From Lachnospiraceae bacterium (GTDB taxonomy: Bacteria > Bacillota > Clostridia > Lachnospirales > Lachnospiraceae): a DNA stretch of 64,000 nt. Shown here piece after piece: positions 58,800 through 64,000 of this stretch; within the stretch, counting starts at the first letter, position 1, and each line of letters starts with the position of its first letter. The stretch lies in assembly GCA_017436865.1 (NCBI GenBank), contig JAFSCH010000053.1, positions 842 to 64,841 on the forward strand, given 5' to 3'. The translations under genes were made by a program, and so were the position numbers. The notes under the pieces are model-generated. The model saw nothing but the letters and a program-made list of their open reading frames with translations, did not search any database and was not told the origin of the DNA.

Positions 58800-61700
58800 C
58801 TATCTACTTCCCTGCACAGTCATATTCGGGATACTTATCACTTTTGAAACAAAGAGCTTATTCATATCTTCCATGTATATTGATTTTCCTTTAAACTCTC
58901 CGATTTTACCTTTTTCTGTAGCACCCCATTTTTCACTGTAATCATTACAGGTAAAAATACTTGAAAATGCTTCTTTACCTTGCTGTGATTTACTTGATAG
59001 ATAAGGTATTAGTTTTGGATCGATAACGCTTATTCTATCACAATCTCTGAATCCTAATTCTATTGTAGTATTTTGAACCATTATAAACGTTTCTATACTC
59101 TCATTGTACCACTTACCATCATTTGTAGCCCAATATGCTGTATGGTCATTACCACTATTTCTTTCTACAGAATTTAGCAATTTCTCAATTACGAATGTTC
59201 TGTTATTCAAATCTCTTGCCTCTGAATCTATGAGGTTGTTAATATCTTGATTCTTTGTTAAGATTACTTTTCCTTGTAATTCTTTTTGTAAACTATCTAA
59301 GTTATTTGATTTTGCAAGTAATACATTTCCTGAAATGTCTGTCCATATTTTATAATAAGTTGTATTTGTATTTCCTGCTTTTACATCTAAATCTGATTCA
59401 GAAGCAGAAGCATTTAAACCATTTGATTCATCTATATTGAAATAGTATTTTGAATCAGGACTTGTAGTAGATGAACCATTTTTCAAGAATGATATATCTG
59501 AACCCCTTGTAACTGTTCTTGCTTCTACCATGTCCTCTATTTCTGTTTCTATCTTTCTTGAAACTCTTTGTACGATATTTAAGTTTTCAAAGGTATCTAT
59601 ACAAGACTGTACATAATCATTATGAGCCTGTACTGCATTTGATACTGTATAGCTTTCTGCATTACTTATAAATGTATTTGATTCAGGCACAATGAATTGA
59701 GTTGTTCTCAATTGTAGCTTCTGTAAACTATCATAAGGTATTGATAACATGAAGCTACTTCCACCTTTTAGAACTGTATTAGGTTGACGCCAGTCATCTT
59801 TACCATTACTGAGGGCTTCATCCGTAGCCCACATATTAGAAAGTACTTTTAGATTTGGAGAGTCTTTTTCCCTCTTCCAACTGAGTTCTGCATAATCTGT
59901 AGGTAATGAATAAGTTCTTTCATATTCTGATAAAACATTTACAGGATGATAAACTATTTTTCCCTGTTTTAATTCTTCCATTGTTGTATATTGCATTCTT
60001 ATGAATGGATTAAACTTAATTGATTGACTGTTCTGTACTTGTCTACCTACTGTCATATTTTCTACTGTTTTGCTATTTGCACCATCTCTTATCGGTAAGT
60101 AATGCTCTGAATTTTTTCCTATTGTTTCTTGCCACATAAATGTATGTGGTTCTTTTGATGGACTACCTGAATATACTTGTACTGCTATATTGGAATTAAC
60201 TACAGGTTCAGAGGTTACTACTATTTCGCCATTTCTTGATTCTCCTGTAAAATTACCGTATGAACAATGTATATCATCATATTTATTAGTTATATTTGTT
60301 ACAGGACTGTTAGGCATATCATAAACAAATTTTAATGTTACTAACTGCACGTAATCCTTTTCTGCTCTGTTTTTTATTGATTTTGTTGTTTTCTCTGAAT
60401 ATCCTAATGTCTTGATTATATTTTTATTTGCTTCTGAAATATTTACATTATCGTAACTTGAAGATTGATTCTGATTGTATTGACATAAGGAGAGGTTTTC
60501 TTCTCCATTTAGATGTCTGTATATCGAGAAATTATAAACATAATTTTCTGTTTCTCTGTCATTTTGCAAGTTTGTAGAAGCTCTTGATAATGAATTTATT
60601 TTAATATAACTACTGAATTTATCTATATTACTTTGTACAATGATATTCTTACTTTCATTTGATGATTCTAAGTCATTTCTTACTGCTATTTGATATTCTG
60701 AATGACTTAATTTTGCATTACCATGATGATGTGTCTCTTGATTGTATGTACTTGATTCATTAGCATCCTGTAAACCATTATTATTACTGTCATTGAAACC
60801 ATTCTTTTCATGGTCATGAGTATGACCACCACAACTTAAACTTAAATCAGGTAATGTAAATTTTAATTTGATAGGTATGTTTGTAAAATTGTATGTATTA
60901 ACTGCTTTTGCTATTGTTGACTCTGTTAACACAAAATCTCCATCTAAGCGATTTGACTGTACAGGAGCGGTTTCTGATTTTACTAACTTAACATATAGAA
61001 TTTTTTCTATGTCTGATAATTTGATAGTTGCTGTACTTGTACCTGATTGTAAGCTGTTGCTACATCCAGTTAGTTGTTCATAGGAGTAGTTAGTATTTCC
61101 TGAATGTTGTTCTGATAAACCATATGGTATTGAAGATTCAGAGGAAGTTTCCCACTCTTTTAAGGTATACCCTATTGATTCCTCTGACTCTATGGTTATC
61201 TGATGAGGTACATTTTCTCTGATAAAGTAGCCATCATTTATGATTGTACCATCTGCTTTTTCTGTTTCGTAACATTTTATTATTACTGCTGTCTTGGATT
61301 TTGAACCATATTCACTTTCATCAGGTTTTGATGTACAATCTTCTGATTTTGCAGGTATTGATTGTAATTCATCAAAAGTGCTCGTTTCTGATGAACTGCC
61401 ACCATCCAAATCAATTATATGTATTCCATATCCCGAATTTCTTACTTCATCACCACTTAAACGTCTCATTGATTCGCCTGCATGAGCTCCTAAACCAAAA
61501 CGCTCTTTTTCTAAGACCATTGAATAAGGTAATGCAGCATGGGTCATCTTCCATGTATAGGCATCACCTGTAGGTTGCCCTATTGTATTATAGTATTTAG
61601 CCCAACCATCTGCTGTACCCATAACTGTACCTGATTTAGTTAAATAAATACCTTTATTCAGAATGTATACATAGCTCCAGCTAACCGGTTCTACTACTAT

Positions 61701-62228
61701 ACTGTAATGAGATTTATGTATTTGTAATTCTTTTAAAATATCTTCTCCCCATAAACTTTTTACTAAATATTCATATCTCTGCAAGTTAGGGTCTTTACTC
61801 TCTGCTAACAGCCATTCTTTTACTGCATTTCCATTTGATTCCCATTGCTTACCAGTCCACTTTACAGGAGTCGGTAAATTTGTAGCTACTACTGAATTAT
61901 TGTAAAGTAATTGTTCCATTTTTGATTGCACTAATCTATTATTTTTTGCTATGCTTAATGCTTGTACATTTGCTGTTACTAAACCTATGCCTGATAATGA
62001 TTTTCCTGTATCTTTTTTTACAATATAGAAAAGGATTGCAGTTTTACTTGTACTTGCACCCCCCTCCAATGCTCCTACACTTCCTGCACCACCTGTACCT
62101 TGACCACCATTATAATCTGCATATACATTAATTGGAGTATATAAAGTTGTTATGATTATTATTAATGATAAAATAAATGTTATAAACCTAATTCTATTTT
62201 TACATGAAAATTTATCCATGTAGCTCAT
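58800..62228 (-). CDS. large secreted hypothetical protein
   Basis: RBS GAGGGAGG; signal peptide ending VYA, Gly-rich N-terminus, about 1140 aa. Confidence 0.82.
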   Translation of the reverse strand: MSYMDKFSCKNRIRFITFILSLIIIITTLYTPINVYADYNGGQGTGGAGSVGALEGGASTSKTAILFYIVKKDTGKSLSGIGLVTANVQALSIAKNNRLVQSKMEQLLYNNSVVATNLPTPVKWTGKQWESNGNAVKEWLLAESKDPNLQRYEYLVKSLWGEDILKELQIHKSHYSIVVEPVSWSYVYILNKGIYLTKSGTVMGTADGWAKYYNTIGQPTGDAYTWKMTHAALPYSMVLEKERFGLGAHAGESMRRLSGDEVRNSGYGIHIIDLDGGSSSETSTFDELQSIPAKSEDCTSKPDESEYGSKSKTAVIIKCYETEKADGTIINDGYFIRENVPHQITIESEESIGYTLKEWETSSESSIPYGLSEQHSGNTNYSYEQLTGCSNSLQSGTSTATIKLSDIEKILYVKLVKSETAPVQSNRLDGDFVLTESTIAKAVNTYNFTNIPIKLKFTLPDLSLSCGGHTHDHEKNGFNDSNNNGLQDANESSTYNQETHHHGNAKLSHSEYQIAVRNDLESSNESKNIIVQSNIDKFSSYIKINSLSRASTNLQNDRETENYVYNFSIYRHLNGEENLSLCQYNQNQSSSYDNVNISEANKNIIKTLGYSEKTTKSIKNRAEKDYVQLVTLKFVYDMPNSPVTNITNKYDDIHCSYGNFTGESRNGEIVVTSEPVVNSNIAVQVYSGSPSKEPHTFMWQETIGKNSEHYLPIRDGANSKTVENMTVGRQVQNSQSIKFNPFIRMQYTTMEELKQGKIVYHPVNVLSEYERTYSLPTDYAELSWKREKDSPNLKVLSNMWATDEALSNGKDDWRQPNTVLKGGSSFMLSIPYDSLQKLQLRTTQFIVPESNTFISNAESYTVSNAVQAHNDYVQSCIDTFENLNIVQRVSRKIETEIEDMVEARTVTRGSDISFLKNGSSTTSPDSKYYFNIDESNGLNASASESDLDVKAGNTNTTYYKIWTDISGNVLLAKSNNLDSLQKELQGKVILTKNQDINNLIDSEARDLNNRTFVIEKLLNSVERNSGNDHTAYWATNDGKWYNESIETFIMVQNTTIELGFRDCDRISVIDPKLIPYLSSKSQQGKEAFSSIFTCNDYSEKWGATEKGKIGEFKGKSIYMEDMNKLFVSKVISIPNMTVQGSR

Positions 62229-62296
62229 CCTCCCTCTTAAAATAGAAACGGACACCTTATGGTGTCCACTTCTTTAAACTTTATTATGATATTAAA

Positions 62297-63049
62297 TTAA
62301 ATGTCTCCAAGGTATGTCCATGTAACACCCTCTGTAACACCTGTATCTCCAACCTTTAAAGGTTCTCCTGTATTAGGATTTAACTGTACTCCTGCTGTTT
62401 GAATACCCTCACTTGGAGTAGTATCAGGAGTTGAAGGAGTTATTTCACTCTGAGCTGATTGTATTTGTGATTGAGCTTGCTGTAGTGGCTTTGTTTCTGA
62501 TAGTAAACTACCACTTACATATGCTTCTGTTCCATCTGATAAACTAACTCTATACCACTCTGCTTCGTTAACTTTTCCAGTTACAATGACTTCATCACCC
62601 TTATTATATGCTCCTACTCTTTCATATGTATCAGCATCAGGTCCTTTTCTTACATTACAATTATTAACTGCATACATTGTTAATGAAAGGTCTGCTACTG
62701 TAAACTCTGCCTGTCCTGCTTCTTCTATCTGCTCATATGCTTCATCTACTATGACAATATCTTCTGTAACCTCTTCTATGCCCTGTTCTTCTATGATTTC
62801 AAGTGCTTCTTCTACTACTTCCTGTATTTCCTGCTCTGTTGATTCTGCTTGCTCTGTTGATTCTACGTTTGCGATTTCTTCTTCTGTCATTAACTCTGGA
62901 ACTGTAACTTCTATAAACTCATTGCTTGCTTGCATTGCTTCATTTTCACTCTGTTCTACAGATGAGCAACCTGTCATTTGACTTGTCATCATTAGGATTG
63001 CCATTGTAGGGATTAAAATTTTTCTTAGCTTTAGATATTTTCTTGCCAT
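62297..63049 (-). CDS. lipoprotein-like protein with SH3b domain
   Basis: MTGC lipobox-like, acidic linker, CNVRKGP..VGAYNKGDEVIVTG..WYRV..AYVSGSLL. Confidence 0.82.
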   Translation of the reverse strand: MARKYLKLRKILIPTMAILMMTSQMTGCSSVEQSENEAMQASNEFIEVTVPELMTEEEIANVESTEQAESTEQEIQEVVEEALEIIEEQGIEEVTEDIVIVDEAYEQIEEAGQAEFTVADLSLTMYAVNNCNVRKGPDADTYERVGAYNKGDEVIVTGKVNEAEWYRVSLSDGTEAYVSGSLLSETKPLQQAQSQIQSAQSEITPSTPDTTPSEGIQTAGVQLNPNTGEPLKVGDTGVTEGVTWTYLGDI

Positions 63050-63697
63050 GTTGATTCCTCCTTGAAAAATGCTCTTTTTCTTCTCTACCTACCTTCTTCA
63101 CTCTCTTTTCACTACCTTTTTTACTTATATTTATTTTACCTCTGGGACTTTATCTTGACAACCCACATAAATCATATTTTTTAAAAAAATTTACATCTCC
63201 TAAACTCTTGAAACCCTTGTATTTACTGCGTTTCTGACTGCTACTACTTTTCCGATTTATGCCTCTTAAACACTAAAAATCTATTCAAATTTCTTATCTA
63301 TGACCTGCTATTTTCTTATCCGATTTGAACTCTCTTTTGCCCTGTCCTACTCTCTTATTCCTCTGACATTTTTCTTAGCTGATTTGAAATCTCTTTTTTC
63401 CTATGTCCATTTTTTAATTCTGCCTATGAACTTTTAATTATAATTATGTTTAATTTTTAAAACACAATTAACCTCTACAACTAGGGAATATATTATACTC
63501 TATAATTTGCACGTAGTTTGCGCGGTCATTCTTTCCATTATCACAATGATAAAAGGGGTATGTATACCTTATCAGCACACATACCCCTTCAAAGAAAGGA
63601 GGAGGTTGTTATTGAGAAATTGAAGTATTACCTACTTAAAAAAATGCAATTTCTCAATTATTAAGGGATATATACGAATAAAACGATATTAGCTTAT

Positions 63698-63961
63698 TTA
63701 ATTGTCAAACATGATATAACCTATTGCATTGACTTTAAGGTAAAATGCTCTACGACTTATACCAAGTAATTCAGCTGCCTTGTATGCAGTTATTTCTCTA
63801 TTACTCCACATTTTGTAAACTTCATTAAATTTCTCATCTTCAGCCTTTGGAGGTCTTCCCTTAACATATTTACGAGCTTTGAAAATATCTATTGCATCTT
63901 CTCCACTCTCTTCAAAACTCTTATGCTCTAAATCTATAATAGCCCTAATGGCATCAATCAT
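63698..63961 (-). CDS. small HTH DNA-binding protein (resolvase-tail-like)
   Basis: GRPPK..ITAYKAAELLGISRRAFY; RBS AGAGG. Confidence 0.7.
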   Translation of the reverse strand: MIDAIRAIIDLEHKSFEESGEDAIDIFKARKYVKGRPPKAEDEKFNEVYKMWSNREITAYKAAELLGISRRAFYLKVNAIGYIMFDN

Positions 63962-64000
63962 GTTTTTACCTCTTTCTGTATGTCCATTAAAACCCTCATT

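Larger units (their letters stand above)
49380..64000. mobile_element. Tn916-integrase-type integrative element (left boundary approximate; probably runs past the window end)
   Basis: int-xis at its end, orphan MTase, hypothetical and secreted proteins, visibly more AT-rich DNA, element-specific repeated motifs. Confidence 0.8.

Noticed and set aside
63205-63250. Right end of the integrative element (CTTGAAACCCTTG resembles the reverse complement of about 49397-49409)
   Set aside because: Short match, and element-type motifs and genes continue beyond it

Overview
Low-GC chromosome segment, most likely from a spore-forming Lachnospiraceae-type Firmicute (inferred from gene content, T-boxes and sporulation-sigma-like promoters). 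About 1-49.3 kb is largely core genome: T-box-trpB, yebC, CNNM, mazF, alr, nnr, rex, ABC-F, a Re-citrate synthase-gntR-icd operon, a class B sortase/LRR surface-protein cluster, probable spore genes, T-box-leuS plus a catalytically dead LeuRS paralogue, a LytTR pair, EF-G2, tyrA, degV, tspO and an LMW-PTP. From about 49.4 kb to the window end lies an AT-rich integrative element with Tn916-type int/xis, an orphan Dam-like methylase, a repeat array and secreted proteins. The main finding is an AprX-like S8 protease gene split right at its catalytic His motif by a 6,052-bp phage-free element. The element is bounded by an 11-bp direct repeat and carries a short serine recombinase plus ABC-transporter cargo. 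Precise excision would restore an in-frame 312-aa protease, so this looks like a skin-like programmed gene rearrangement. All functional calls come from motif recognition by eye; no database searches were run.
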